From: a virus
Virus record (IMG/VR): IMGVR_UViG_3300005563_000031
Location: 1 to 64,000 of that record
Length of the DNA: 64,000 bases
Reading direction: 5' to 3' (one strand)
Shown: positions 9,466 to 19,880 of the stretch, piece after piece
How the letters are laid out: each line of letters starts with the position of its first letter
Position numbering within the stretch: position 1 is the stretch's first letter
Made by a program: the position numbers and the translations under genes
Notes under the pieces: generated by a model
The model's database searches: none
What the model was told of the DNA's origin: nothing
The model's input: only the letters and a program-made list of their open reading frames with translations

Positions 9466-12150
9466 ATGTCGCTATTTAACGCACCCAAAACCAAGGTGCG
9501 GGCCGCCGCTACGCGCGTGGGGTGCGCAGCCTGCACGCTAACGGAACAGTGGCCCAGCTTGCGCGGCGCGCGCCAGCCGCAGGAACTATTTGGCCGCAAG
9601 CAAGTCGATGTATATTTTATTGGCGAATCCCCGAGCGAGGCCGACGATGCGCGTGGAGTGCCATTTAGCGGAGATAGCGGGAACCTTATACGCCGTGAAC
9701 TTCGTGATTGGCACATCTCGTACGGTTTCTCAAACGTCGTTCGTTGCCATACTCCCTCCGGCCGCTCCGCACTCGGAGGGGAGGTGTCGGCTTGTTGGTC
9801 CGGTTTTGGCTTACCTGATTTACTCGAAGCCCGCCCCAAAGTCATAGTGCCCCTCGGCAACGCGGCGCTCAACCGGTTCTTTGACGGTTCGGTGTTTGAT
9901 TGGAATGCGGTCGCGGTCCCGCACAAACTAACACCCGATTACAACGCGTGGATTTTCCCGCTGCACCACCCGTCCTACTTGCAGCAGATCGAGCAGAAGG
10001 ACAATCGAGGTGAATCCGACCTAACTAAGTTATGGCGGAAAGCACTGGTAAAAATTCACGAGGATATTGCGCAGCGACAAGTACCCATAATTCCCACGGA
10101 CGAGGAGATACGAGCGGGGATACAGCTTGTACTCCCTAACAATCTCGCACATGCGCGCCGCTTGCTCCTCGAGCGTGCGCCGGGTGTGGTAAGCATCGAC
10201 CTCGAAACGACATGCCTCATGCCATGGGAAAACGGTGCGAAGATCCTCAGCGCGTCCATTACCACTGCTGAATACACAGTCTGTTGGTTGGTTGATCATC
10301 CGGAAAACCCCCATCCTAAAGCAGCCCGGCAGTTGCTTATAGACGTATGCAACGCAGCCGACGGGTTAATTGCACACAACGCGATATTTGAGCAGCGTTG
10401 GATGGGGTGGCTCGCCGGCCTGCAAGCATTCGGGTGGCGTTGGCACGACACAATGGCCCGGCCGTTTGCAGAACTCGGCATCATAAAAGGAAACCGGCAA
10501 CAAGAGGAAGGCATTCCGGGGCGACTCGCATCCCTTGGAAAACAAACGCGACTGCATTTTGGTTTCGATGTCAAACAAATCACTCACGTTGATCCCCTAC
10601 AGTGGCGCACGACACCGGTTGAAAAATTCCTGCTCTACAATGCGCTGGACAGCAAGTGGTGTCGAGCCGTTTGGTTCCAACCCCTCGACCCGGTACCTGC
10701 GATCGAGGTTGCACGACAGGGTGATGCGACTCGTGCAATGGCTGCCATCAGCTGGCGCGGGATGCTCGTTGATCCGCAAGAACTCGCGACACAGGGAGCG
10801 AAGTTAGAAACTAACATCAAAAACCTAACACAGGTCATCTCGCGCGACAAGGACGTGGTGCGCTGGGAGTCGAAGAACCGCACGATATTCAACCCCTCCT
10901 CACCCGACATGGTGGCGAAGTTTTTTGGGTTAGAAGGCGCGGATGAGGAAGCGCTGCGCGTAGTCGACACCGGACTGTCCAAACAAATCCTCGCACTGCG
11001 CAAGCAAGAGAAACTGTTCTCGACCTACATACAAGGCATCAAAACGCTGACCTACCCGGACGGGCTGTTACATCCGGAATTTGGTACAATGTTGGTGGGC
11101 ACCGGGCGCACTAACAGCCGCAACCCAAACGCGCAAAACATGCCCAAGCGCGAGAACAAAGAGCTACGGCGTGTGGTGGTTCCACCCAAAGGATTTGCCC
11201 TCGTTTCCATCGACTACGCGCAACTCGAAGCTCGTGGTATCGCTATCGCGACACGCGACCCGACCATGTTGACGTACGTATGGAACGATGAGGATATCCA
11301 CCGCGAATGGGCTGAGGCCCTTTTTCGCGCGTTTCCGGCTATCGCGGATCGACTCTGCCCAAATGCGACCGAGGAGAAAAAAATCATTGCGCGCGTGCGC
11401 GGTGAGATCAAAAATGGGTTCGTGTTTCCAAGCTTTTACGGCGCGGGTGTTCCGAAGTGCGCCGGTGAACTGCAAGTGCCGCAGGACACGCTCCGTCCTA
11501 TCCTGGACCAATTCTGGCGGAAGTATGCAGCGGCTCGTAAGTGGCAGGACGAGGTGCACGGGTTCTATGCGGAACATCTCTATGTCGAAACAATGACGCG
11601 TCGACGGCGCTACGGGCCATTGTCCTGGACCGAGCAACTCAACTCGCCCATCCAGGGTACAGGTAGCGATATTGTGGTCGATGCGAGTATTCAGCTGCTC
11701 GACCTTGCATGCGAAACAAATGATGTTTGTTTCGTCCCGATGGTTAACATCCACGACGATTTATCCTTTTACTTGCCGTTGACTGAACTCGATAGGTATA
11801 TAGAAGCAATCGCGCGTGTAATGGTGACGCCGAGGTACACCTGGTGTACCGTCCCTTTAAAAGTTGAAGTTAGTGTTGGTGAACACAATTGGAGCGATCA
11901 ACGTGAGCTTAGGTCTTACCAAACCGGCGACTTCCACCCCCTCCCCAAGACGGACCTTAATCAACAAATCGCCGCCCTCAGAGCCGTTGCCGAGCGCGCA
12001 GCCTCCCGCAACACCCACCCCGGCAATGGACGCGGCAGCGGCGAACAACGCACGGCGCCGCCGGTCGACATCAACGCCGCCCGCCGAGCCCGAATCCTCG
12101 CCGCCGCCAAAGCCGCCAACGACAAGCGTCGCACCCGTCCGCGCCCCTGA
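9466..12150 (+). CDS. polA: family A DNA polymerase with N-terminal family-4 uracil-DNA-glycosylase-like domain and 3'-5' exonuclease
   Basis: CAACTL, GESPS, NVVRC, HHPSYL (UDG); DLET, AHNAIFE, YNALD (exo); TGRTNSRNPN, DYAQLE, NIHDD (pol). Confidence 0.95.
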   Translation: MSLFNAPKTKVRAAATRVGCAACTLTEQWPSLRGARQPQELFGRKQVDVYFIGESPSEADDARGVPFSGDSGNLIRRELRDWHISYGFSNVVRCHTPSGRSALGGEVSACWSGFGLPDLLEARPKVIVPLGNAALNRFFDGSVFDWNAVAVPHKLTPDYNAWIFPLHHPSYLQQIEQKDNRGESDLTKLWRKALVKIHEDIAQRQVPIIPTDEEIRAGIQLVLPNNLAHARRLLLERAPGVVSIDLETTCLMPWENGAKILSASITTAEYTVCWLVDHPENPHPKAARQLLIDVCNAADGLIAHNAIFEQRWMGWLAGLQAFGWRWHDTMARPFAELGIIKGNRQQEEGIPGRLASLGKQTRLHFGFDVKQITHVDPLQWRTTPVEKFLLYNALDSKWCRAVWFQPLDPVPAIEVARQGDATRAMAAISWRGMLVDPQELATQGAKLETNIKNLTQVISRDKDVVRWESKNRTIFNPSSPDMVAKFFGLEGADEEALRVVDTGLSKQILALRKQEKLFSTYIQGIKTLTYPDGLLHPEFGTMLVGTGRTNSRNPNAQNMPKRENKELRRVVVPPKGFALVSIDYAQLEARGIAIATRDPTMLTYVWNDEDIHREWAEALFRAFPAIADRLCPNATEEKKIIARVRGEIKNGFVFPSFYGAGVPKCAGELQVPQDTLRPILDQFWRKYAAARKWQDEVHGFYAEHLYVETMTRRRRYGPLSWTEQLNSPIQGTGSDIVVDASIQLLDLACETNDVCFVPMVNIHDDLSFYLPLTELDRYIEAIARVMVTPRYTWCTVPLKVEVSVGEHNWSDQRELRSYQTGDFHPLPKTDLNQQIAALRAVAERAASRNTHPGNGRGSGEQRTAPPVDINAARRARILAAAKAANDKRRTRPRP

Positions 12151-13111
12151 CCCTCCGCTCGAAGTGCGACTGGGGAAGGATGCGCCGCTGCATTTGCGGT
12201 TGCGCCCCGGTACTTTCTCAGAAGTGCTTGGGCAAGACACACAAGTTGAGATGTTGCGGCGGCAAATGGAGCGCGCGGACCGCTCGCACCTGTACCTCTT
12301 CTCAGGCCCCGCCGGCACCGGCAAAACGACGATGGCGCGCATTATGGCGCGTGCACTCGGGTGTTTGACTCCGATGGAGATCGATGGCCCAAGCTACTCC
12401 GGTGTCGACGACATGCGTGAGCTGCGCGACTACGTACAATACCAGGGGCTCGACGGGCGCCCTAAAGTTGTCATTATCGACGAGTGCCACACGCTGTCGG
12501 ATAAGGCGTGGCAGGCGGGGCTGAAAGTAATGGAAGAGCCCCCCGCACACGTGTACTTCATGTTGGCTACGACGGAATACAAGAAAGTGCCCGTGGCCAT
12601 TCGTACGCGTGCTTTCGATGTAACACTCAACCACATTCCGATGGAAACACTGCTGTCCTACGGTGAGACTGTTATCGCCAAGGAAAGGCTCGAAATACCC
12701 GACGGGGGTATACGTTACATTGCAGCACAGGCGGATGGCAGTTTGCGCCAGCTGCTCGTAGACCTCAATCGCGTAAACGGAGCCACGTCGCTGAAGGAAG
12801 TTCAGCAAATCATGCAATCGCCGATTGAGGGCGATGATACGAATCCGTTCATACAGATTGCGCGCGGCATTGCTTCCGGGCGCATGGGATTCGAACAAGC
12901 GCGCAAGCTGCTCGCGAAGGCCCGCGAGAACATGCAAGCGGAAGCGGGACGTATTGCAATTGTGGAGTATTTCACGGCCGTGGTGTTGAATTCAGAGGAA
13001 CCGCCGCGCGAGTCACTGTACGCGTGGCTCAACGCGTTTGCATTACCGGTGCCTGATCGCGGCGGGTGGGCGGTGTTGTTGTGTACGCTGAAAGAGGGGT
13101 TAGGTAAATAA
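12026..13111 (+). CDS. dnaX: clamp loader AAA+ ATPase (DnaX gamma/tau-like)
   Basis: LRPGTFSEVLGQ, GPAGTGKTT, IIDECH, LKVMEEPP, GSLR; start at ATG 12026 inferred. Confidence 0.9.
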   Translation: MDAAAANNARRRRSTSTPPAEPESSPPPKPPTTSVAPVRAPDPPLEVRLGKDAPLHLRLRPGTFSEVLGQDTQVEMLRRQMERADRSHLYLFSGPAGTGKTTMARIMARALGCLTPMEIDGPSYSGVDDMRELRDYVQYQGLDGRPKVVIIDECHTLSDKAWQAGLKVMEEPPAHVYFMLATTEYKKVPVAIRTRAFDVTLNHIPMETLLSYGETVIAKERLEIPDGGIRYIAAQADGSLRQLLVDLNRVNGATSLKEVQQIMQSPIEGDDTNPFIQIARGIASGRMGFEQARKLLAKARENMQAEAGRIAIVEYFTAVVLNSEEPPRESLYAWLNAFALPVPDRGGWAVLLCTLKEGLGK

Positions 13112-13112
13112 C

Positions 13113-13436
13113 ATGGAACTGAAAGGCAACGTGAAGTGGTCCGCTGCCATAATGGACGTGTTGTCGGAGCGCACACGACAACAAGCGCAAGAGGGCGAGA
13201 ACTTTAGTGCCACACGCGACGATACGTATGTGGGCGGCGAGTTGGCATTAGCCGCTGCGTCCTACGCCATGTTTGCGCATTTTGGTGAAATAACAGCATT
13301 AGCGCTATGGCCGGAAAATTGGGACCGTAGTTGGTTAAAACACACCACCGAGCGGCGTGATCTGGTAAAGGCTGCGGCGCTCATCATTGCCGACATCGAA
13401 CGCCTTGACCGGGCAGCGGAAAGGAACAAAACATGA
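13113..13436 (+). CDS. conserved phage protein (ERxRQ...RRDLVKAAAL type)
   Basis: DVLSERTRQ, ELALAAASYA, RRDLVKAAALIIADIERLDR. Confidence 0.75.
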   Translation: MELKGNVKWSAAIMDVLSERTRQQAQEGENFSATRDDTYVGGELALAAASYAMFAHFGEITALALWPENWDRSWLKHTTERRDLVKAAALIIADIERLDRAAERNKT

Positions 13437-13915
13437 CATTCGATGAACTTGAAAAAGCGATCACGCTCACCGGAAACCTCGAGCGCGATATTGAGTCGCA
13501 AAGCAGTTTCGTATTTCAGGCGGGCATGGGCGCCGTACGCGCAGCCTCCACCGTTGACGATCTCGAGTATGAGTTGTCCTGCGTTGAAGCCCGGTTGCAA
13601 GAAACCATTCGTGCTGCGGCAACCGCAGCGGGTGAGAAGGTCACGGAGAAGTTGATTGACGCGCGTATACTCTCCCATGTAGATTATCGCAAGCTGCATA
13701 GCGAGTACCGTGCTGCTGTTGTTAAATCGAGCGAATGGAAAGCGCTCGTGAAAGCGTTCGATGCGCGCAGCCACTCGCTATATAACCTGACTGAGCTATC
13801 TAAGCGCGGTGCCGGTGATCCCTCAACAGGTATAACCGATTACAAACAAGCACGCGAAGCCGCCGCCCGCTCGCGCGCCAATAACGGTACTCGGACGCGG
13901 ATAGCACCACGGTAA
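13433..13915 (+). CDS. UvsY-like recombination mediator
   Basis: helical 160 aa with KVTEKLIDARI; upstream of SSB and RecA. Confidence 0.55.
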   Translation: MTFDELEKAITLTGNLERDIESQSSFVFQAGMGAVRAASTVDDLEYELSCVEARLQETIRAAATAAGEKVTEKLIDARILSHVDYRKLHSEYRAAVVKSSEWKALVKAFDARSHSLYNLTELSKRGAGDPSTGITDYKQAREAAARSRANNGTRTRIAPR

Positions 13916-13917
13916 CT

Positions 13918-14121
13918 ATGACACCCGGCGAATGGATTGGAGCAGCGTTAGGGCTCCTGTTTTTTATCTACATCGCGGCCCGCCTAGCAGGCAAAGCCTG
14001 GTATAGATCGCGTAGACAACATTTGTCGGAAATGGCCAAGTTATTCGGTAACGCGCCCCCGCCAAGTAAAACGCACATTCCTCGTATCAAACTTAAACCT
14101 GGAGACAACAATGGCCATTAG
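13918..14121 (+). CDS. small membrane protein
   Basis: N-terminal transmembrane helix. Confidence 0.6.
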   Translation: MTPGEWIGAALGLLFFIYIAARLAGKAWYRSRRQHLSEMAKLFGNAPPPSKTHIPRIKLKPGDNNGH

Positions 14122-15307
14122 CCGAACACCCGCACGCGGGGGCAACCGCTTCGTGTACAAGCCGCGCAGCGCGGAGACTGTGCACAACCGCATGCAACAG
14201 TATCAAAACGGCAACCGCGACAACTACATTGAAGGCAATGTGGAGGGGTTTACACCGGCGGAAGGCGATAACTGGGTGCGGTTGCTACCGCCCACGTGGA
14301 ACGACCCGCAGCACTGGGCGTTTGATATGTACATACACTACGATGTGGGTCCGGACAAAGCGTCCTACCTGTGTATCGAGAAAATGTATGACGCGATGGC
14401 CGCCGCCGGTTTCCCGATTCCCGACGAGCTGTTGACTGACGGGATACCTTTGTGCGCCATGTGCGAGGAGCTGCGTCGCGCACAGCGAGCCGGAGAGAAG
14501 GAGTACGGACGCGCGCTCGAATCCAACTTGCGGCTGGCTGCGTGGATTATCAACCGCAAAGAGGAAGCGCAAGGCCCGAAGCTGTGGCAGTATCCGATCA
14601 CAAACGATCGCGAATTTATTGCACAGGCAACGGACCGGCGCACCGGGGAGGTCGCGAACATCGATGATCCCGAGAACGGCTACGACATCGACTTCCATCG
14701 CAAGGGTAAGGCGATGCAAACGAAGTACAGCGGGTTCAAGCTCGCCCGCCAGCCGTCGCCCGTCGACCAGAAATTTGTTGACTTCGTAGTTGAGAACCCG
14801 ATTCCAAAGCTGCTGAAGTTCTATCCCTACGACCACATTATGGGCATCTTCGCCGGTCCCTCCGCCGCTGATCGAGCAGCGGAAGCTGCGCAAGCTGCGG
14901 GCGCCGCTCGTACCGCTGCGGCAGGACACGATGCTTCGCCGCCGGATGAGGACGACAAGATTCCGCATGAAGCGCCCCCGCAGAAGCCCGCTACGTCCAC
15001 GCGCCGCAGCCCCCTTGTTACCCCTAAGGAGGATCCGAAACCGGCAGAGACGCCTGCACCGGCTGCCGCAAATAACAATGCGCGGCGCCGTCAGGCTGTA
15101 ACTGCAAAATCGAAGGCCCCGGCGGCGCCAGACTTTGCAGCGTGGGATATTAACGGGCAGTTAGATTGGGCGAGCGCGTTTGGTATCGTGGTGCCCGACG
15201 ATGTGACGGATGCACAAATTCCGGAGTTCCTCACCGAACAGTTTGCGCAGCTGACTGCAGATCAACAAGCCGAGGCGAGCAAGTGGCAGCCAGCCGCCGA
15301 AGGATAA
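14111..15307 (+). CDS. gp32-like single-stranded DNA-binding protein
   Basis: NWVRLLPP, H..C...C..C Zn ligands, DPENGYDIDFHRKG..TKY; disordered C-terminal half. Confidence 0.8.
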   Translation: MAISRTPARGGNRFVYKPRSAETVHNRMQQYQNGNRDNYIEGNVEGFTPAEGDNWVRLLPPTWNDPQHWAFDMYIHYDVGPDKASYLCIEKMYDAMAAAGFPIPDELLTDGIPLCAMCEELRRAQRAGEKEYGRALESNLRLAAWIINRKEEAQGPKLWQYPITNDREFIAQATDRRTGEVANIDDPENGYDIDFHRKGKAMQTKYSGFKLARQPSPVDQKFVDFVVENPIPKLLKFYPYDHIMGIFAGPSAADRAAEAAQAAGAARTAAAGHDASPPDEDDKIPHEAPPQKPATSTRRSPLVTPKEDPKPAETPAPAAANNNARRRQAVTAKSKAPAAPDFAAWDINGQLDWASAFGIVVPDDVTDAQIPEFLTEQFAQLTADQQAEASKWQPAAEG

Positions 15308-16293
15308 GCATCGTCGCACCGGCCGCACCCGCTAAGTTCTTCTCTAGCGGGTGCGGGTTATTGGATTGTGTGCTTGGCGGCGGGTGGGCGTTGAGGAGAA
15401 TGATAAATGTCGTCGGCGACAAGTCCACAGGCAAAACTCTCCTCGCGATTGAGGCGTGTGCTAATTTCACGCGCACGTTCCCTAAGGGGCGAGTTATATA
15501 CGATGAAGTCGAGTCGGCATTTGACGTTGACTATGCGCAAACCCTCGGATTTCCCGTCAGCAATTTGGACCTTGTTGATGATCTCCGGACAGTGGAAGCG
15601 TTCTGGCTGCAAACCGACGAAACCATCAAGGAGCAGATGGATCTCGACGAGGAAGAACGGCGCGAACGACCGGTGCTGACTGTTATAGATAGTATGGACG
15701 CATTTTCCGATGCGGCGGAAATGGAGCGCGATGTAGGCGACAAGTCCTTTGGCATGGCGAAACAGAAAATTATGTCAGAGGGCTTTCGTAAGAAAGTCGG
15801 CGAGATGGCCGCCGCTAACATAACACTGTTCATCATCTCCCAAGTGCGTGATAATATCGGTGCGCAAGCGTTCAGCAAACAAGTGCGCCGGGCGGGCGGC
15901 AAGTGGCTCGACTTCTACGCCTCACAGTGTTTGTGGTTATACGAGCAGGAGAAAATAGAAAAGACCGTCAGCAACATCAAGCGCAAGATCGGCATGCGCA
16001 TTAAGTGTCGGCTCGAGAAGTCGAAAGTAGGATGGCCGTGGCGCGAGTGCGTAGTACCTGTGATTTACGGGTACGGCATGGATGATAAACGCGCAGCCCT
16101 CGACTGGTACAACACAGCGAGTCCCAAATCCATTAGCGGCATTTTTGCGGCAGCCGGAATGGGGGATGTGGACGAGAAAAACTTTGTCCGTTACATGGAC
16201 AAGCTACCGCGCGACGTGCTGGCACGAGCGTTGGTTGCGGACTGGGAGCGTATAGATCAACAATTCCGCCCCGAGGGACCCAAGTACGAGTAG
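15283..16293 (+). CDS. recA: RecA/UvsX-like recombinase
   Basis: LDCVLGGG, GDKSTGKT, VIDSMDA, ISQVRDNIG, GGKWLDFYAS; GTG start inferred. Confidence 0.93.
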   Translation: MAASRRRISIVAPAAPAKFFSSGCGLLDCVLGGGWALRRMINVVGDKSTGKTLLAIEACANFTRTFPKGRVIYDEVESAFDVDYAQTLGFPVSNLDLVDDLRTVEAFWLQTDETIKEQMDLDEEERRERPVLTVIDSMDAFSDAAEMERDVGDKSFGMAKQKIMSEGFRKKVGEMAAANITLFIISQVRDNIGAQAFSKQVRRAGGKWLDFYASQCLWLYEQEKIEKTVSNIKRKIGMRIKCRLEKSKVGWPWRECVVPVIYGYGMDDKRAALDWYNTASPKSISGIFAAAGMGDVDEKNFVRYMDKLPRDVLARALVADWERIDQQFRPEGPKYE

Positions 16294-16400
16294 GAATATG
16301 AGCACGGACAACGACGGGAATCATTGGGGGTGTGCAGTGGTGGTACTCGGTTTCTTTGCACTGTGCGCGTGGTGTGTGTGGTTGTTGTTTAGGAGTTTCC

Positions 16401-16715
16401 ATGGCTCGTGAAGAATTCTCAAACGAAGCGGAATATCTCGCCCTTAATCACCAACGCACCGAGGTGTTTGGTTACGGGTTGGAAGTGGGCATGCGCACGT
16501 GCTGCCCGTTTTGTTGTCACCCCGGTGTATGCGAGTGGCGCATTATGACAATGGAAGCGGACATGAAAAAGGGCTTTTCGTGTCCGTGCTGCAAGCGCTC
16601 TTTGTCAATTCTCGTTACGACGACCGAACACGGTAAGACGCTCGAATTCGTACAGACCGGCGGCCCGGATGTTGATCCCACGACACCATGGATTCCTGCG
16701 ATGCGCCGAGCATGA
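16401..16715 (+). CDS. Zn-ribbon hypothetical protein
   Basis: AGGAG RBS; CPFC...CPCC. Confidence 0.6.
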   Translation: MAREEFSNEAEYLALNHQRTEVFGYGLEVGMRTCCPFCCHPGVCEWRIMTMEADMKKGFSCPCCKRSLSILVTTTEHGKTLEFVQTGGPDVDPTTPWIPAMRRA

Positions 16716-17206
16716 ATTTCTCGCACAAAAGTGCTTATGTAAGTAGTGATCAGCAGTACCGATATTGGTTACGACGTGGCTGGAACCAGTGTAGAGAAAC
16801 AGCACCGTATGTGCTGTGGGTGTTGCTGAATCCCTCCACTGCTGATGCCGTGATCGATGACAACACGGTGCGCAAAGCCGCCGGCTTTTCCGACCGGTGG
16901 GGCTATAAGGCGATGATGTTTGTTAACCTCTACGCCTACCGCGCCACGAATCCGCGCGAATTAAAGCGTACGAGCGACCCGGTTGGCCCGGAGAACGATC
17001 GCCACATCACCCAGTGGCTACAAAATGCCAACATGATCGTCGCAGCCTGGGGCCAGGATCCGGTGCCCGCACTCGATCGACCGAAAACAGTATTGGCACT
17101 GCTGCGCCGGCATGGCCCGGTAATGTGCCTAGGCACCAATATTAATGGACATCCGTGCCATCCTTTGATGTTGCCGTACACTACCGAGCGAGAACAGCTT
17201 ACCTAA
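16712..17206 (+). CDS. DUF1643 family protein
   Basis: YRYWLRR, LLNPSTAD, NLYAYRATNP, AAWG, PCHPLM. Confidence 0.85.
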   Translation: MNFSHKSAYVSSDQQYRYWLRRGWNQCRETAPYVLWVLLNPSTADAVIDDNTVRKAAGFSDRWGYKAMMFVNLYAYRATNPRELKRTSDPVGPENDRHITQWLQNANMIVAAWGQDPVPALDRPKTVLALLRRHGPVMCLGTNINGHPCHPLMLPYTTEREQLT

Positions 17207-17216
17207 GGATACGTGT

Positions 17217-17735
17217 ATGCGAGCGGGTGGTGGACATGCAAAGGGTGCGGAATTCGAACGTAAATTCGCCAAAGAACTATCGCGCTGGGCCTCGCACGGG
17301 GACCGGGACGACGTGTTCTGGCGCACTCCGGGTAGCGGCAGCCGGGCAACGCGAGTGCCCGCTGTAGCCCACGGCGGGGACATTTGCGCCACGCATGAAA
17401 TCGGCCGCGCTTTCTGTGAGCACGTGCTCGTCGAGTGCAAGTGCTACAAAAAGATTGATTGGCGGTTGCTGCTGATGGATCGTAAGGGCGAGTTTTACGC
17501 CTTTTGGACCAAACTCGTAAAGGAAGCCCACGACCAACACAAAATCCCCTTAATCGTGCTGAAAGAGAACGGTCGACCGGTCGTACTCGGCACCGTGTGC
17601 GGCGAATTCAACCCCATTTTAGGTACGCGCGCCCCTTTGGTGAACTCGTGCATAGGTATGTCCGTTTACAAGCAAGAAGCACTGCTTGAACAAGCGTATG
17701 AACTGGTTTGCACACGTTTAAGGAGTTCCGCATGA
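17217..17735 (+). CDS. Holliday junction resolvase (PD-(D/E)xK, Hjc-like)
   Basis: KGAEFERKFAK, RTPGSG, GDI, VECK. Confidence 0.85.
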   Translation: MRAGGGHAKGAEFERKFAKELSRWASHGDRDDVFWRTPGSGSRATRVPAVAHGGDICATHEIGRAFCEHVLVECKCYKKIDWRLLLMDRKGEFYAFWTKLVKEAHDQHKIPLIVLKENGRPVVLGTVCGEFNPILGTRAPLVNSCIGMSVYKQEALLEQAYELVCTRLRSSA

Positions 17736-18232
17736 GAGCGATACACGTCACCCATTACGTCCCCACACCCATCATTTGCACTCCGATCGCGATCTATCGG
17801 CAGCGCTTGCTGAACGTCACGCGCGCTATCGCTGAATTCGATCATTCGCACGACAAATGGCGTGTTGGAAGGGTGTTTATGGGCGCGTACATGAAACCTT
17901 GCGGTTCCCCCGCTTGTGCATTGGGACACTACGCGCTGCGCACGGACTTGCAGGATTATTTGGTCGCAGTGCGTGGACCCCTCGGGGGCGCCATTAAGTA
18001 CAAGTACAACGGGGGTGTGGTGGGTTACGAGGGATACGAAAGCCCTCGATTGCAGGCCCATTTCAACATTACCTACGACGAGGCTAATGAGTTGTTTGCT
18101 CCGAACGGCTGCGGGGTTCCATTACCAAAATGGGCCGCAGACCACCATCCCGGCTTTTTGCCTGCGCGCGTCATTGCCTACATTCGCGCTTTCGTCGCGC
18201 GCAAGTACCCGCAGTGGGAGCGGCGCACGTGA
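17732..18232 (+). CDS. hypothetical protein
   Basis: AAGGAG RBS; CGSPACALGH. Confidence 0.65.
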   Translation: MRAIHVTHYVPTPIICTPIAIYRQRLLNVTRAIAEFDHSHDKWRVGRVFMGAYMKPCGSPACALGHYALRTDLQDYLVAVRGPLGGAIKYKYNGGVVGYEGYESPRLQAHFNITYDEANELFAPNGCGVPLPKWAADHHPGFLPARVIAYIRAFVARKYPQWERRT

Positions 18233-19260
18233 GCTGGCTCATCGCAAGCGACTTGCACTTGACCGTAAAGCCCGAACACGAGTATCGCTGGCAGTTTATG
18301 GAATGGCTGGCAGAGCAAGCCAACCGCGACGACGTAACCGCCGTGCTGCTGCTCGGGGATATCAGCGATGCAAAGGATAACCACAGCGCTTTGATGGTAA
18401 ATCGCACGGTAACGGCAATCTCGGAGCTAACCGTGTTTCGCCGCAAACCCGTACACATCCTCTTTGGCAACCACGATGGGCCGTCACAGGACCGGCCGTT
18501 TTGGCAGTTTTTGGAGCAGATACAGGACGTGCACTACCACACCAAACTCGGCATTGCACACCTCCCCGCGAAGGGGCGAGCAGTGCCGTGTTTAATGGCG
18601 CCGTGGGGTACAGAGGAAGCTGCGATTACCGAATTACGAGACCCGGAGGCGCTGGCTGTGGTGTTTGCATTCATGCATGCAAGCGTTGACGGGGTGACTG
18701 TGGAAAATGGAATGGTGTTGCCCGGACACGTACCCAACAAGTTTCTTCCTCGGGGAAAAAAGATTAAAGTGTGGAGCGGCGATATCCACCTCGCACAAAA
18801 ACTGGGTGATGTTGAGTACGTGGGCGCGCCCTATCACTGTCGATTCGGGGACAATTTCAAAGGGCGCGTGATTAAGCAAGATCCCAACAAGCCCTTCGAA
18901 TACGAGGAACTGCACTTTGGCGGCAGCCCCTCGCTGCACACGCTGAAAATCGCCGCCACTAATGCGAGTCTCCCGGAGTACCTTAAGCCAGGCGATCGCA
19001 TCAAGTTAACCGTGCAGTCCGATCGACCCTTTCTCCCAGGCGAATGGCGCGAGCATGTTAAAGCGGTCCGCGCGCAGTGTGAAAAGCGCGGCGTAGAGCT
19101 AGTGGCTGCCGCACTCGAACGCCCGACCACAAGCACTGACGCATACCAAGCACCCTCCGGCCGACGCAGCGATGAGGCTATTGTGCGCACGTATGCGCAG
19201 CAACAGAACTACGACCCAGCCACAACCGAAATTGGCGTGGGGTTGTTGAAGCCAACATGA
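18229..19260 (+). CDS. sbcD: SbcD/Mre11-like metallophosphoesterase nuclease
   Basis: SDLH, LGDISD, GNHD, SGDIH, YVGAPY. Confidence 0.9.
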   Translation: MSWLIASDLHLTVKPEHEYRWQFMEWLAEQANRDDVTAVLLLGDISDAKDNHSALMVNRTVTAISELTVFRRKPVHILFGNHDGPSQDRPFWQFLEQIQDVHYHTKLGIAHLPAKGRAVPCLMAPWGTEEAAITELRDPEALAVVFAFMHASVDGVTVENGMVLPGHVPNKFLPRGKKIKVWSGDIHLAQKLGDVEYVGAPYHCRFGDNFKGRVIKQDPNKPFEYEELHFGGSPSLHTLKIAATNASLPEYLKPGDRIKLTVQSDRPFLPGEWREHVKAVRAQCEKRGVELVAAALERPTTSTDAYQAPSGRRSDEAIVRTYAQQQNYDPATTEIGVGLLKPT

Positions 19261-19370
19261 ACACACTCACCCCATAGCCTAGGCACAACTACCGGAGCCG
19301 CCACAATGGCCGAGGTCAACACTGCAGACGAGGGATGGTTGAAGGTGCCATTTGTCATTCGGAGAATTGC

Positions 19371-19880
19371 ATGAACGAGTCAGAGCTTAAAACCTCAAAT
19401 GTACAAGTCTTGCAGCAACTCGAAGCATGGATAGAGCGCGCAAAGGGACGCCATCTGACATGCCCGCAAATCCACAACTATCCTCACTTCGGTTATGTCT
19501 GTGACTACGATGAGCGGTGCGAAGGTTGCATGATTGTTGCCGCCGTTCTCGAACTGAAGAGACCTGCTCCCGAGACGGGAGAATGTTCTGCTTGCCGTGT
19601 GCTTGATGATCTGATCGTCGAGCTTTGTGATCTGATCGGTGCGGAGCACATACCAGACCGGATCTACAAACGAGTTGAATCACGCCACAGACTACAACAG
19701 GAAACACGAGTGTGTGATTGCCCGGAAGGCGACGACGGTGATCCCAGCAAGCACGAGGGTTACTGCGATACGCAGAAAGCCGGAACGTCTCAAGCATATT
19801 GCGAGCACGGCTATCGGCCAACCTTCTGCCCAAAGTGCCCGCAGAACGATACCAACGCTATGAATGAGATAAATACATGA
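19371..19880 (+). CDS. Cys/His-rich hypothetical protein
   Basis: GGAG RBS; several CxxC/CxH clusters. Confidence 0.55.
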   Translation: MNESELKTSNVQVLQQLEAWIERAKGRHLTCPQIHNYPHFGYVCDYDERCEGCMIVAAVLELKRPAPETGECSACRVLDDLIVELCDLIGAEHIPDRIYKRVESRHRLQQETRVCDCPEGDDGDPSKHEGYCDTQKAGTSQAYCEHGYRPTFCPKCPQNDTNAMNEINT

